Of a stretch of 64,000 nt of DNA, positions 39,858 to 53,768 are shown in pieces. Made by a program: the position numbers and the translations under genes. Origin of the DNA: Octopus vulgaris. Its lineage: Eukaryota. Numbering within the stretch: position 1 is the first letter of the stretch; each line of letters begins with the position of its first letter. Where the stretch lies: assembly GCA_951406725.2 (NCBI GenBank), contig OX597838.1, positions 33,666,001 through 33,730,000 on the forward strand, written 5' to 3'. The notes under the pieces are model-generated. The model did no database searches. It was not told the DNA's origin and saw only the letters and a list, made by a program, of their open reading frames with translations.

Positions 39858-41365
39858 TACACGTTTAAGTGTAGTGTGTATACGTATACACACACGTGTT
39901 TTGGTGTGTGTATATATATATATAAACAGAAGATATACAATGTGTATATACACACACACACACATACATGTAGAAAGAGACAAATACCTACAAGGTGGGG
40001 GGGGGCGATTCTTAAAAATTACTAATTTAAACTTTATGATTGAGATCCTTGCCCTTAATTTTCAACCCCTTAATTTTATATATTTCTCGCTGTTTTTTGT
40101 CTCATAGCATTTGAAATGCCTTTTAAATCCCCCCTCTTCTGTAAGTTGTTTTAGCTGAAAAATTGATTGCGTTTTAGTTTATCAATTATTTAAATTTCAA
40201 TGGCGTATTTCTGACATCTTCCATCTTCTTTGGATTTTTGTGAAGACAGCGAGGGGAGAAGAAGAGAAAATAAAAAACCAGTATTACAAAGATTTTTTTC
40301 TTTTCTCTCACAGCAAACCTTTTTGACTTTAATCTTTTATACACTCATGGGAAGGTAGAAATTGCTAGACTTTTTTTTTTATATACGGAGAAGCCGAGTT
40401 TTATTTGTTGAAGTTAGTGAAAGGTAGAAAAGAAAGCAGCTAGTTGAATGGTTGTTCACTGACATAGTGAGTCACAGGGACTTGGAATTCTATTCAGTAA
40501 TGAATTATATAAGAAGCACACTCGAATAGGTCGGTGTTTAGAGATAGGCATAGTTCAATATTTCTGTGTACCTCCTCTGTCACTACTATTATTTTTTGGA
40601 GAAAACAATTAGTTTTAGACTAAGACCTGCTTTATTTCATTCAGTTGGACATTTCAGACATTGCTTTATCAAACGTTTGTTTGAAGTTGCCTTGCAAAGA
40701 TGAGAGCCTAGCCTGGCAGATAAGATAGTGTTCTATACCAGTAGAAGCAGGATAACTCGTTGTCAATGGCTGCTGCTTAAATTTAGCTGACTAATTCAGT
40801 TCAATGTGAGTAAGCTGAAGTATTTTGTTGCCCATTCAATGAATGGCAGGTTGATAGCATGAACAGATCTTGTCTTTCCAAGGACATGTTGGTTTGGAGA
40901 TAGTTCTACACTTACAATATATGCATTTTCCTCCAGCACACTATATCTTGGTGATATCAAATCATCTTGGTTCTGATAGTAAGAAGAAAAAAAGAAACAG
41001 TTTCAACAGAATAATCTTTGAAATACTTTAATACAGCTCAGTTTAGAGGAAACAAAGGATGGTTTTTAAAATAGGCAAAACTCTTCCTGTTGAAAGTTTT
41101 CTGTCACTTCTCTGTACATACAATGAAAGTTAAATGTAAATACTTAAAAGTACTTCATGTGTGCAAGCGTATGAAGAAGCCATTTTGCCTTATTAAGTTT
41201 CCACTTTATCACTTCTCTTTGTTTTGTTCTGGTCTATCATAAAGGGAAATGAAATCCTTCCCACATTTTCATGGGAGCAGATTAGAAGCAATGATTTTTA
41301 CCATTCCCAGTTATAAAGAGATGACTTCTATAAAACTTTTAAATCAGTGGTTATCAACTGGGATC

Positions 41366-41454
41366 GATTAAATAAGTACCAGTTACGCACTGGGGTCGAT
41401 GTAATCCTTGTTTGTCCCTTCTGTGTTTAGCCCCTTGTGGGTAGTAAAGAAATA
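41366..41454 (+). mobile_element. 5'-truncated SINE family B with 17-bp TSD
   Basis: Flanked by ggttatcaactgggatc at 41349-41365 and 41455-41471. Confidence 0.85.
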
Positions 41455-41869
41455 GGTTATCAACTGGGATCCATTTAAGATTTTGTTGTTAAAATTCGTC
41501 AGTAATAAATTGATTATGTTTCCACAATACACTAAATATTTTAATTTCTTTCATGCAATTCCTAATAACATTTAATTATAGGATTTTTTAAATATTGAAT
41601 GGCTATGGGGTCTACCTGAGTAAAACAAGAATCAAAGGAGTCCATAGGTAAAGAAAATGATTGAGAAACGTTGTTTTAGGTTTTGTTTTATATAGCACAT
41701 TACCTACAAGCTGTACCTTTCATTTGTTCCAAGAATTATTTGTTTAACCATTTAGCATTTAAACTGGTCAGGCCCAACCCAAATATTCTACCTGTTCTGT
41801 GTTCAAACCAACCAGATCCAGCCTCTCACATTTGTACCACAATGTCATCTTAAAAATAAACAATCATAG

Positions 41870-42672
41870 TCTGGGCAAAGTTCAGAGAGCTCCTACCTCT
41901 GCTGGTGACAAAGGGATTTTCCCTTTGAGTGAAAGGTAGACTGTATGATGCATGTGTACTAACAGCCATGCAACACAGCAGTGAAGCATGGGCTGTGACT
42001 GCTGAGGACATGTATAGGCTTGAAAGAAATGAAGCTAGTATGCTCTGCTGGATGTGTAATGTCAGTATGCATACATGACAGCACCCTGAGAGAGAAGTTG
42101 GACATAAGAAGCATTAGATGTGGTGTGCTAGAAAGATGACTGCACTGGTATGGTCATGTGTTGTGTATGCATGAGGACAGCTGTGTGAAGAAGCGTCACA
42201 CCCAAACAGTGGAGGGAACCTGTGGAAGAGATAGACCCAGAAAGACATGGAATGAGGTGGTGAAGCACGACCTTTAAACATTGGGCCTCACAGAGGCAAT
42301 GACAAGAGACCAAGACCTTTGGAGATTTGCTGTGCTTGAGAAGACCCGGCAAACCAAGTGAGATCATAGCCATGTCTGATGCTAGCGTTGCATAACTGGC
42401 CCGTTTAAAAGTACCCTCCACTCGTTGGGCGATATGCTGTGCTTGAGAAGACCTGTTGAGTCAAGTGAAATCATAGTCACAGCCGATGCCAGTGACACAT
42501 AAAAGGCATCGTTCAAGCATGGTCGATGCCAGTGCCGCCTGAATGGCCCCCTTGCCGGTAGCACATAAAAAGCACTCACTGCAGTCTTGGAGTAGTTGGC
42601 ATTAGGAAGGGCATCCAGCTGTAGAAACCTTGCCAGTCCTCAATCAAACCATCCAACCCATGCCAGCATGGG
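41870..42672 (+). mobile_element. 5'-truncated RTE-clade LINE (ORF C-terminus and 3'UTR)
   Basis: Decayed WAKFRELLPLLVTKGFSL*VKGRLYDACV...SEAW...RLERNEASML and WYGHV...RPRKTW motifs. TSD aaacaatcat. Splits a piggyBac-type MITE. Confidence 0.85.
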
Positions 42673-42866
42673 TCAAACAATCATGACCATCATCATCATC
42701 ATCAAGACCTTGAAGCTACGAGATAATGCATGATTAATTTAAAACAGTATGAATAAATAAACATTACATTTGACAGCATAATCTGAATGTCATATGGTTA
42801 AATTTGCTAAGGTCAGGTTTTTGAAATTCTATGCTTAAATGTAATTCAAAATAGATAGAAAATATA

Positions 42867-43645
42867 TAGGAGTGGCTGTGTGGTAAGTAGCTTGCCTACC
42901 AACCACATGGTTCCGGGTTCAGTCCCACTGCATGGTATTTTGGGTGTGTCTTCTGCTATAGCCTCGGGCCGACCAATGCCTTGTGAATGGATTTGGTAGA
43001 CGGAAACTGAAAGAAGCCTGTCGTATATATGTATATATGTGTGTGTCTGTGTTTGTCCCCCTAGCATTGCTTGACAACCGATGCTGGTGTGTTTACGTCC
43101 CCGTAACTTAGCGGTTCAGCAAAAGAGACCAATAGAATAAGTACTGGGCTTACAAAGAATAAGTCCCGGGGTCAATTTGCTCAACTAAAGGCGGTGCTCC
43201 AGCATGGCCGCAGTCAAATAACTGAAACAAGTAAAAGAGTATAAGATATCTTTCACAGATGCAGGAGTGGCTGTGTGGTAAGTAGCTTACTTACCAACCA
43301 CATGGTTCCAGGTTCATTCCCACTGCATGGCACCTTGGGCAAGTGTCTTCTACTATAGCCTCGTCCTGACCAAAGCCTTGTGACTGGATTTGTTAGACAG
43401 AAACTGAAAGAAGCCACATATATATATATATGTGTGTGTGTCTGTGTTTGTCCCCACCCCCCCAACATCGCTTGGCAGCCGATGATGGTGTGTTTACATT
43501 CCCGTAACTTAGCGGTTCAGCAAAAAGAGACCGATAGAATAAGTACTAGGCTTCCAAAGAATAAGTCCTGGGGTCGATTTGCTCGACTAAAGGTGGTGCT
43601 CCAGCATGGCCACAGTCAAATGACTGAAACAAGTAAAAGAGTAGA
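42867..43645 (+). mobile_element. Two adjacent SINE family A copies
   Basis: Copies at 42867-43243 and 43258-43645. Confidence 0.88.
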
Positions 43646-43829
43646 GATCTACTGCCAGAACATTCTAACAATCTCTTTCGCCACACTGCTAAGCTGCTGC
43701 CAGAACATTCTATGAATCCCTTTTGCCACACCGCTAAGCTATGGAGACGTAAACAAACCAACACTAGTTGTGAAGTAGTACTAGGGAACAAACACAAAGG
43801 CACACGGTTCTTTCAGTTTCTGTCTACCA

Positions 43830-43952
43830 AGATGGAGACGCATTGTGCAACAAAATGGTTCAGATTTGGTTGATTAAAAATGTAACGGCAAGTATTTATT
43901 GACCTTTTTCTTTCCTTCAAAAATTGGCTCGAACTTTCCAGACAACCCAATA
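43830..43952 (+). mobile_element. mariner transposon 3' end
   Basis: RWRRIVQQNGSDLVD* transposase C-terminus and TIR-like aactttccagacaacccaa|ta. Confidence 0.65.
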
Positions 43953-44469
43953 TTTTAACCCTGAGTGCTAAGAGGTTCAATATAACAGACAAGAAGATAT
44001 TTTCAGCATTGCATTATGCCCATCATGAAGACATTGATGATACACTTTCTAAAAATAACATTTTTGTGACATACTAGTTAAGCTCTGTCAACAATTAATT
44101 AGCATATCCTAAGTCATTAGTCATATTTGTAATTAAAAAATCATGTGTCATCAGTCATATACCTAATTAGCATATTGTGTGTCATTAATCATGCCAGTAT
44201 ACGAGGGCTATAGTAGATGACACTTGCCCCAGGTGCCATGCAGTGGCGCTGAACCACAGTAATGAAATTCAATTATTTAAAAAGAAAGTAAAAAAACACA
44301 CTGGATCATGTAGTCCTGGAAACACTGTAAAGAAAGTTGAGATGGTCATGCCTGGAACACTTTTGATCATACACCTACTTGTTCATGATTAAAATTGGAC
44401 TAAGAAGATTTAATGCTACACTTAGTTCCAGACACCCCAACCACCAGTTCCGAGATCCTTGGGTATCTT

Positions 44470-45465
44470 TGGTAGAGTACACACTTTGGCAGAGTACATA
44501 CTTTAGTGAAGTACAGAGTTTAGGAGAGTTCAGAGTTTACACATTTTAGGAGAGTTTGTACTTTAGCAGCCTACACATTTTAGTAGTGTACACAATATAG
44601 CAGAGTACACACTTTGGAATAGCGTAGAGTTTATCAGAGTACATATTCTAGCAGCCTACACGTTTTAACAGAGTACACAATTTAGTTGAGCACATGCTTT
44701 AGCAGAGTACACACTTTAGAAAAGCGCAGAGTTTAGCTGGGTACACACTTTAGCACCCTACACATTTTAGTAGAGTACACAATTTGACTGAGTATATGCT
44801 TTAGCAGAGTATACATTTTAATAGAGTACAGTTTAGCTGAGTACACACTTTAGCGGAGTATATGCTTTAGCACCCTACACATTTTAGTAGAGTACACAAT
44901 TTGACTGAGTACATACTTTAGCAGAGTATACATTTTAATAGAGTACAGTTTAGCTGAGTACATACTTTAGCACCCTACACATTTTAGTAGAGTACACAAT
45001 TTGACTGAGTACAGGCTTTAGCAGAGTATACATTTTAATAGAGTACAGTTTAGGTGAGTACATACTTTAGCAGCCTACACATTTTAGTAGAGTACACAAT
45101 TTGACTGAGTACATGCTTTAGCAGAGCATACATTTTAATAGAGTACAGTTTAGGTGAGTACATACTTTAGCAGCCTACACATTTTAGTAGAGTACACAAT
45201 TTGACTGAGTACATGCTTTAGCAAGAGTATACATTTTAATAGAGTACAGTTTAGGTGAGTACATACTTTAGCAGCCTACACATTTTAGTAGAGTATACAA
45301 TTTGACTGAGTACATGCTTTAGCAGAGCATACATTTTAATAGAGTACAGTTTAGCTGAGTACATGCTTAAGCAAAGTATACACTTTAGCACCATACACAG
45401 TTTAAAGGAGAACGTACTTTAGCAGAGTATGCACTTTAGCGAAGTACATACCTTAACAGAGTACA
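44470..45465. repeat. 17-bp monomer satellite with 100-bp higher-order repeat
   Basis: ca[g/c]cctacac recurs at 44871, 44971, 45071, 45171, 45272. Confidence 0.92.
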
Positions 45466-47054
45466 TATGATTGCTAGCATTTGGACTCAATCCTCAGTCT
45501 CAGGGTGGTTTATTTCACTTCTTCTTCCACTATAGAACAACTTCTTTGTGTGTGTGTGCATGCGTGTGTACATGTGTGTGTGGTGCTGGTGTATATGTGT
45601 GTAGAGATCAAGAGCTGTATGTGTATATATATATATATATATGTGTAGAGATCAAGAGTTGTATATATATATATATATGTGTGTGTCGGTGTATATATGT
45701 GTAGAGATCAAGAGTTGTATATGTATATATATGCGTGTGTGTATATGTGTAGAGATCAAGAGTTGTATGTGTATATGTACATATATGTGTGTGTGTCGGT
45801 GTATATATGTGTAGAGATGAAGAATTGTGTGTATGTATATGTAGGCGTGTGTGTGCGTATCATCATCATTTAATATCCGTTTTCTATGCTGACACGGGGT
45901 CGATAGTCTGACAAGAGCTTCACCACACTCCAATTGTCCGTTTTAACGATGTCAACATTAAATTAATAAGGTGGCTTATGCAATAATTGTGTTGTATACA
46001 AGACTCTTTTACTCTCTCTTATACTTGTTTCAGTCATTTGACTGCGGCCATGCTAGAGCACCGCCTTTAATCGAGCAACTCGACCCCGGGACTTATTCTT
46101 TTGTAAGCCCAGTACTTATTCTATCGGTCTCTTTTGCCGAACCGCTACGTTACGGGGACATAAACACACCAGCATCGGTTGTCAAGCAATGCTAGGGGGA
46201 CAAGCACAGACCCACAAACACACACACACACATATGGAAGAGGTACTTTAGGTCTCTACCCTATGACTGGGAGAAGAACTAGGGGAAGACCAAGGACATG
46301 AAGAGTGATGGTGGATAGAATGAATTTGATGACTGGTATCCTTGCTAGTGGAGCGCTAAGAGCACCATCCGAGCGTGATCGTTGCCAGAGCAGCGAACTG
46401 GCTTCTGTGCCGGTGGCATGTAAAAAGCACCATTCGAGCACAATCGTTACCAGCGTCGCCTTACTGGCACTTGTGCTGGCGGCATGTAAAAAAATATTTG
46501 AGCGAGGTCATTGCCAGTGCCGCTGGACTGGTTCCTGTGCAGGTGGCACATAAAAAACACCATTTGAGCGTGGCCATTGCCAGTACCGCCTGACTGGCCC
46601 TCGTGCTGGTGGCATGTAAAGGCACCCACTACACTCTCAGAGTGGTTGGCATTAGGAAGGGCATCTAGCTGTAGAAACTCTGCCAGATCAAGATTGGAGC
46701 CTGGCGCAGCCTACTGGTTCACCAGTCCTCAGTCAAATCATCCAACCCATGCTAGCATGGAAAGTGGACATTAAACGATGATGATGATGGGGCCCAACCC
46801 TTCAGTGGGTTGTGAGATAAATAAAATGGGTTACGACAAAAAAAGGAGGAAAGGAAAAAAAAACACAAGTGGGTCAAAGCGCAGAATATAAACCAGTGTT
46901 TTGCAAACTGTGGGTCCCAGCCCTTCAGTGGGTCACGACAAAACAGTTTGAAAAATGCTGCTCTAAGCCATGCAAAAAGCCATAATTTCATGGAATTTTG
47001 TGCTTTTGAAGAAGGATTTTGACGAGGGAAAGAATATAATTGTCTGGATGTTTG

Positions 47055-47337
47055 TGTGAGTGGGAAATACGAAGGTCGTGGTCAATGAAGAGAGCAGATG
47101 TGATACCAATAGTAATTGGTGCACTTGGAAGTATCAGCACTCAACTACCAACATGGCTGAAAAAGATTGGTGCAAGTGTGAAGGTAGAACACCTACAAAA
47201 ATCAACATTGCTTGGAACTGCAAGAATTCTTCGCAGGGTTCTTGAAGCATGACCAGTAAACAAGTGACACCTTAGTCTACTGGCTGTGGACAGCTGAAAC
47301 TTTCCATTACACCCAGCGAAATAAGCTGGGACTTTTC

Positions 47338-47371
<34 letters not shown>
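47055..47371 (+). mobile_element. R4/Dong-type (RLE) LINE 3' end with (TAA)n tail
   Basis: VIPIVIGALGSI...LQKSTLLGTARILRRVL C-terminus typical of R4/Dong elements, ending in TAA repeats. Confidence 0.75.
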
Positions 47372-47372
<1 letters not shown>

Positions 47373-48299
47373 GCAAATATTCTGCTCAATGCCACAGATT
47401 TGCTTGTCAGTTGTTTGACCTTAGCCAGTTGATTATGTCCCTTGGTGGCTGACGATATGTGCATCCCTGATCACGAGCAGAAGTAGTGGGGGAGCATCAT
47501 AGCCATGTGTTGAGAGGGATTCTTTGGGGTTTGAATAATTCACCTCTGGAAACATGGGTGGTTCTTTCAACATCCTTAAACAACCCTTATTCAGGGACCG
47601 TATGAGCAGGATGGGCTACTCAACCTGAATAAAATTCAAACTGGGCCCCACCTGCAAGGTCATGTGCTGTTTATCTTGATATGAGATCACCATGTCGCGC
47701 ACATATGGTTGTGATGCATGTGCCTGGTGTACCTTTATCAGACGGGTAGTCATGATGGGTATATTGGGCTTCGTATATTTCACCCCAGTGTCACTTTGAT
47801 GGCATGAACTGCTCTCTCACTCAATAATAATAATAAGAAGAAGAAGAAGAAAGGAAGTGAGTTTTGGAAAATGGTAACTATAATAGTCTTGACAATCCAA
47901 AAGAAGAGGATTACAAAGAAATGAGAAGGAAGGTTGGTAGCAACTAACTTTATAATGATTCTAACTATTTCTTAACAAAATGTTAACCTATCTCCTAAGG
48001 CGGTGAGCTGGCAGAATTGTTAGCATGCCAGGCAAATTGCTTGGCGGTATTTCATCCATCTTTACATTCTGAGTTCAAATTCCGTTGAAGTTGACTTTGC
48101 CTTTCATCCTTTCAGAGTTGATAAAATAAGTACCAGTTGAGTACTGGGGGCAATATAACTGACAACCGACTTAACTTCTCTTTTGGAATTGCTGGACCTG
48201 TGTCAAAATTTGAAGCCAGTAAATTAAACCATCTCCAGAAAATCTTGTTTGTAAAGATGAATTAGGATCTTGGGAGAAGATAATCTCTTGCCAGATTGA

Positions 48300-48545
48300 T
48301 GATCACATGTAAAAGGATTAACTATGATTACATGTAAAAGGATTAACTACAATCATTTGTAAAAGGATTAACCATGATCATATATAAAAGATTAACTGTG
48401 GTCACATGTAAAAGGATTATCTGTGATCACATGCAAAAGGATTAACTGTGATCACATGCAAAAGGATGAACTGTGATTACATTCAATAGATTAACTATAA
48501 TCACATGTAAAAGGATTAACCACAATCACATGTAAAAGGATTATC
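48300..48545. repeat. 25-bp minisatellite, ~10 copies (gatcacatgtaaaaggattaactgt)
   Basis: Tandem array. Confidence 0.9.
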
Positions 48546-48927
48546 CATAACATAAGAACACACAGGAAATGTGTCAAGGCCGACAGGAAACGTTGATGCT
48601 TCCTAGGGCTAAATAGCAGTGGCGTGATTCCCTTCATGGGACCGTCACATTAAGTTGGCAGTATACAACTACTCTGTCGTACCACTACGGCTTATATCTC
48701 TCTGAGATATTTAGAAATTTAATATCTCTGCAATTTTTTTAGATTTTCTGAAATTGTTCACCTATTTCATCAAATATCTCTTTACAGAGCAAGAGCCAAA
48801 TATTTTTAGTGATGGATGCGTAAACTATACCTACAGGAGATGATGAAAAAGTATTGCAGAAGCAGGAAAATATCAATTCCATTTTTGGTGAATAATTATC
48901 ATTACAGGAATGACCATGAAATTTAAA

Positions 48928-49179
48928 GGTGCAGACATTGGTATATGGTAAGAAGCCTGCTTCCCAATAACATGGTCCTGGGTTCAGTCCCACTGTGTGG
49001 CACCTTGGGCAAGTGTCTTTTACATTGTGAGCTTTTTACATTCTTTTACATTTGGGTCAACCAAAGCCTTGAGAGTAGATTTGGTAGATAGAAACTGAAA
49101 GAAGCCTGTTGTATGTATGTATGTATGCATGCATGCACGCACGTACGTATGTATGTATGTATGCATGTATGTATGTATG

Positions 49180-49213
<34 letters not shown>

Positions 49214-49752
49214 CATATGTATATATGTATGTATATATGTATGTATGTATATATGTATGTACGTATGTATGTATGTATGTATGTATGTATGTATGTATGT
49301 ATGTGTGTCTGTGCGTATGTGTTTACCTGCACCATCGCTTGACAACTGATGTTGGTGTGTTTACATCAATGCAACTTAGCAGTTCAGCAAAAGAGACCGA
49401 CAGAATAAGTAATAGGCTTACAAAGAAGAAATCCTGGGGTTGATTTCTTTGATTAAAAACCCTTTAACCCTTTAGCATTTAAACCGGCCATATCCGGCCA
49501 AAAGCATTCTGCCTGTTTTATGTTCAAACTGGCCATATCTGGTCTCTCACACCAACCCTACAATATCGTTTTAAAAATTAACATCTACCTCATCAAAATC
49601 TCAAAGCTACAAGATAATGCATGATTAGTTCAAAACAATGTGGATAAGAAAGGATTAATTTTGGCAGAATAATGTGAACACTAAAGGGTTAAGATAGTGC
49701 TCCAGCATGGCCGCAGTCAAATGACTGAAACAAGTAAAAGAGTAAAAGAATA
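48928..49752 (+). mobile_element. SINE family A with (TATG)n expansion and a piggyBac-type MITE in its tail
   Basis: Head, (TATG)n 49110-49300, tail split at TTAA. Confidence 0.82.
49468..49688. mobile_element. piggyBac-type MITE (TTAA TSD), opposite orientation
   Basis: TTAA|ccctttag...ctaaaggg|TTAA inside a SINE A tail. Confidence 0.85.
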
Positions 49753-50819
49753 AAATTATGCAGTAACAGGATTAAGTTCCAGTGAAATAAACAGCATAAC
49801 GATGGAATTGCATTCTGGTATAGACGAAGAAATATCTCAGTTTCATCTATTAAGATACGCTCGTTAATTATCCTTCGGTTAAGCAGGGGAAGTTTCAATC
49901 AATTTTGAGTGAAAGCTTTGTGTTTTTTTCCCCTCCTCTGAGCATTCGAGGATTGGAGAAGAAAGAGAATCTGCTAGGAACAAATTTGGCTGGCATCAAA
50001 CATGGCTGGCAAGCTGCATACAAAAACTGCCTTTATGAAGTGTGATTGAACATTTTTGCAGTGATCAGCTTGGCTCCATCTTATTCTCATACTGTCACAT
50101 GCATGGCAGCTTGTTAGTCATATTCCAAATCATTAGAATCAATGCTATTTCCAAATAAGGGTAATGAGCTATCTATGAGTCAGATTAAAATATAACTATT
50201 TAAACTAAAACTAGATTATGATGTTGGTGAAGGTGAAATTTAGGTCATATTAAAATTTAATCATTTAATCCTAACACTAGATTTGGAGTCAGACCAAAAA
50301 ATATAATCATTTAACTTCCTTGTTACCATATTTCTGTTGAAATACACTGCCTTTGCTTCAAATTAACGAAGAATTTAGTAAAATAACTTTGTCATGTTTC
50401 TGTTTCAATTAATTATGGTAATAATGAAGAATTTAGTAAAATAACTTTGTCATATTTCTGTTTCAATTAATTATGGAAATAATGATGAATTTAGGAAAAT
50501 ATCTTTGTTATTATTAACACTTTTGTAACCATTTTTATATTGAAATATGCTGTCTCTATCTCAGTTTTTAAAATTAAGAATTTAGCATTATTAACACTTT
50601 TGTTACAATATTTTGGTTGAAATACATTGTTCTCATCTCAATTAATTACAAAAATAATGAAGAATTTAGTTAAAATAGCTTAGTCATTATTAACTTAATG
50701 TTTGGAACATAAATAATTTTTTTAAATATACAGTACAATACTGTTTCTACTTCATGGATTTTCACCTATCAAGGTGGGTTTTGGAAGGTAACACCTGCGA
50801 TAGTCAAGGGATTACTGTA

Positions 50820-51546
50820 TACTCTTACTCTTTACTCTTTTACTTGTTTCAGTCATTTGACTGCGGCCATGCTGGAGCACCGCCTTTAGTCGAGCAAATC
50901 GACCCCGGGACTTATTCTTTGTAAGCCCAGTACTTATTCTATCGGTCTCTTTTGCCGAACCGCTAAGTGACGGGGACGTATACACACCAGCATCGGTTGT
51001 CAAGCAATGCTAGGAGGACAAATACAAACACACACACACATATATATATACATATATACGACAGGCTTCTTTCAGTTTCCATCTAATAAATCCACTCACA
51101 AGGCATTTGGCTACAAGTTTAGAATATAGGTCTGAAAATTAGAATTCTTATATCAAATTCCCAAATATATACATTTTGAAGCACCACCCGCACCAAGCAC
51201 CATTCGAGTGTGATCGTTACCTATGTTGCCTTACTGGCACTTGTGCCGGTGGCACATGAAAAAACATTTGAGTGAGGTTGTTGCCAGTGTTGCTGGACTG
51301 GCTCTTGTACAGGTGGCACGTAAAAAACACCATTTGAGCGTGGCCATTGCCAGTACCGCTTGACTGGCCCTCGTGCCAGTGGCACGTAAAAGCACTCACT
51401 ACACTCTCGGAGTGGTTGGCGTTAGGAAGGGCATCCAGCTATAGAAACACTGCCAGATCAATATTGGAGCCTGGTGCAGCCATCTGGTTCGCCAGTCCTC
51501 AGTCAACTCGTCCGACCCATGCTAGCATAGGAAGCGGACGTTAAGC

Positions 51547-51578
<32 letters not shown>

Positions 51579-52729
51579 CGGCGGCGTTGGTGATGGTGAT
51601 GATGGTGGTGGTGATGGTGATGATGATGATGTTTCTACTTCATGGATTTTCACCTATTGCAGGGGTTTTGGGAACATAATACCCATGATAGTCAAGGGAT
51701 TACTGTATATTATTACTTGGCCAAAAGTTTAGAATATAGTTTCAAAAATTTAGAATTCTTATATCAAATTCCCAAATATAGACTGTGTGGCACCTTGGGC
51801 AAATGTCTTCTACTATAGCCTCGGGCCGACCAAAGCCTTGTGAGTGCATTTGGTAGACAGAAACTGAAAGAAGTCCGTCGTATATATATATATGTGTATA
51901 TGTTTGTGTGTCTGTGTTTGTCCTCCCATTCAACATCGCTTGACAACCGATGCTGGTGTGCTTACGTCCCCGTTACTTAGCGGTTCAGCAAAAGGAGACC
52001 GATAGAATAAGTACTAGGCTTACAAAAGAATAAGTCCCGGGGTCGAGTTGCTCGATTAAAGGTGGTGCTCCAGCATGGCCACAGTCAAATGACTGAAACA
52101 AGTAAAAGAGTAAAGAGTAAAGAGTATAGACATTTTGCATCAAATTGGGCAAAATAACAATTTGAATTTTTAAAAAATGTTCCAAATCTTTGGCTACAAC
52201 TCTACATTAGGCACAACAATAAAGATTGTCTTAGGAATCTTCGGTGAGACTGTAATAATCTAAGTTGTTCTAAAAAGAACCAGTTTTTCTTCTTAATCAT
52301 TCTTTTAATGTTTATCTTGTTTGACAGATTACAAAAAAAAAAAAAAAAAGAAAAAACCTACCATGACTTGCCATATTACATGTTTTAAACCCAAAATGTG
52401 GTGTTTAGAAATCGTGTCTTAGTAATTTTCACTCAGATTGTGATAACGGAACGAGTTGTTCTTTAAACTGATTTTTTTGTTGTTGTTATTTGTTTTGTTT
52501 CATTGTAATCTCTCTTTTACTTGTTTCAGTCATTTGACTGCGGCCATGCTGGAGCACCGCCTTTAATCGAGCAACTCGACCCCGGGTCTTATTCTTTTGT
52601 AAGCCCAGTACTTATTCTATCGGTCTCTTTGCCGAACCACTAAGTAATGGGGACATAAACACACCAGCATCGGTTGTCAAGCAATGCTAGGGGGGACAAA
52701 CACAGACACACAAACATACACACACACAC

Positions 52730-52775
<46 letters not shown>

Positions 52776-53768
52776 TACGACGGGCTTCTTTCAGTTTCTG
52801 TCTACCAAATCCACTCACAAGGCTTTGGTCGGCCCGAGGCTATAGTAGAAGACACTTGCCCAAGGTGCCACGTAGTGGGACTGAACCCGGAACCATGTGG
52901 TTCGTAAGCAAGCTACTTACCACACAGCCACGCCTACACCTAATGTTTTGTTCTTTTGATTTTTTTCTTTACTTGTTTGAGAAATTATGAAGAAGAAAGG
53001 AAAAAAAAAGTACTTTGATTGTCATAACCTCACTGCTACTAAGAAAACCTCTCTAAGCAATCCTCGGTTATATTGTAAAAGAACAAGTCATTCTCTAAAA
53101 AGGCTAAAATTACTTACACTCCGGCCATCTTCATGTTCTGAGTTTAAATTCCACCAAAGTTGACTTTACTTTTCATTCTTTCAGGGTCGATAAAATAAGT
53201 ACCAGTTGAGAACTGGGGTTGAGACTCATCCCCTGAAATTTCTGGCCTTGTGCCAAAATTTGAAATCACTATTACTTACACACACACAACAGGCTGCTTT
53301 CAGTTTCTGTCTACCAAATCAACTCAAAGCTTTGGTCAGCTTGTGCTTATATATATATAGGCGCAGGAGTGGCTGTGTGGTAAGTAGCTTGTTTACCAAC
53401 CACATGGTTCCGGGTTCAGTCACACTGTGTGGCACCTTGGGCAAGTGTCTTCTACTATAGCCTTGGGCCGACCAAAGCCTTGTGAGTGGATTTGGTAGAC
53501 GGAAACTGAAAGAAGCCCGTCGTATATATGTATATATATATGCGTGTGTGTGTTTGTGTGAGTGTGTTTGTCCCCCTAGCATTGCTTGACAACCGATGCT
53601 GGTGTGTTTATGTCCCCGTTACTTAGCGGTTCGGCAAAAGAGACCAATAGAATAAGTACTGGGCTTACAAAAGAATAAATCCTGGGGTCGATTTGCTCGA
53701 TTAAAGGCGGTGCTCCAGCATGGCCGCAGTTAAATGACTGAAACAAGTAAAAGAGTAAAAAAGAGTAA
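50820..53768. mobile_element. Cluster of SINE family A copies: 50820-51110 (-), 51782-52125 (+), 52510-52937 (-), 53358-53768 (+)
   Basis: Direct similarity to the reference copy. Confidence 0.85.

Noticed and set aside
45598-45830. Repeat-spacer pattern gtagagatcaagagttgtat x5
   Set aside because: The spacers are related TA/TG microsatellite sequence; an ordinary tandem duplication
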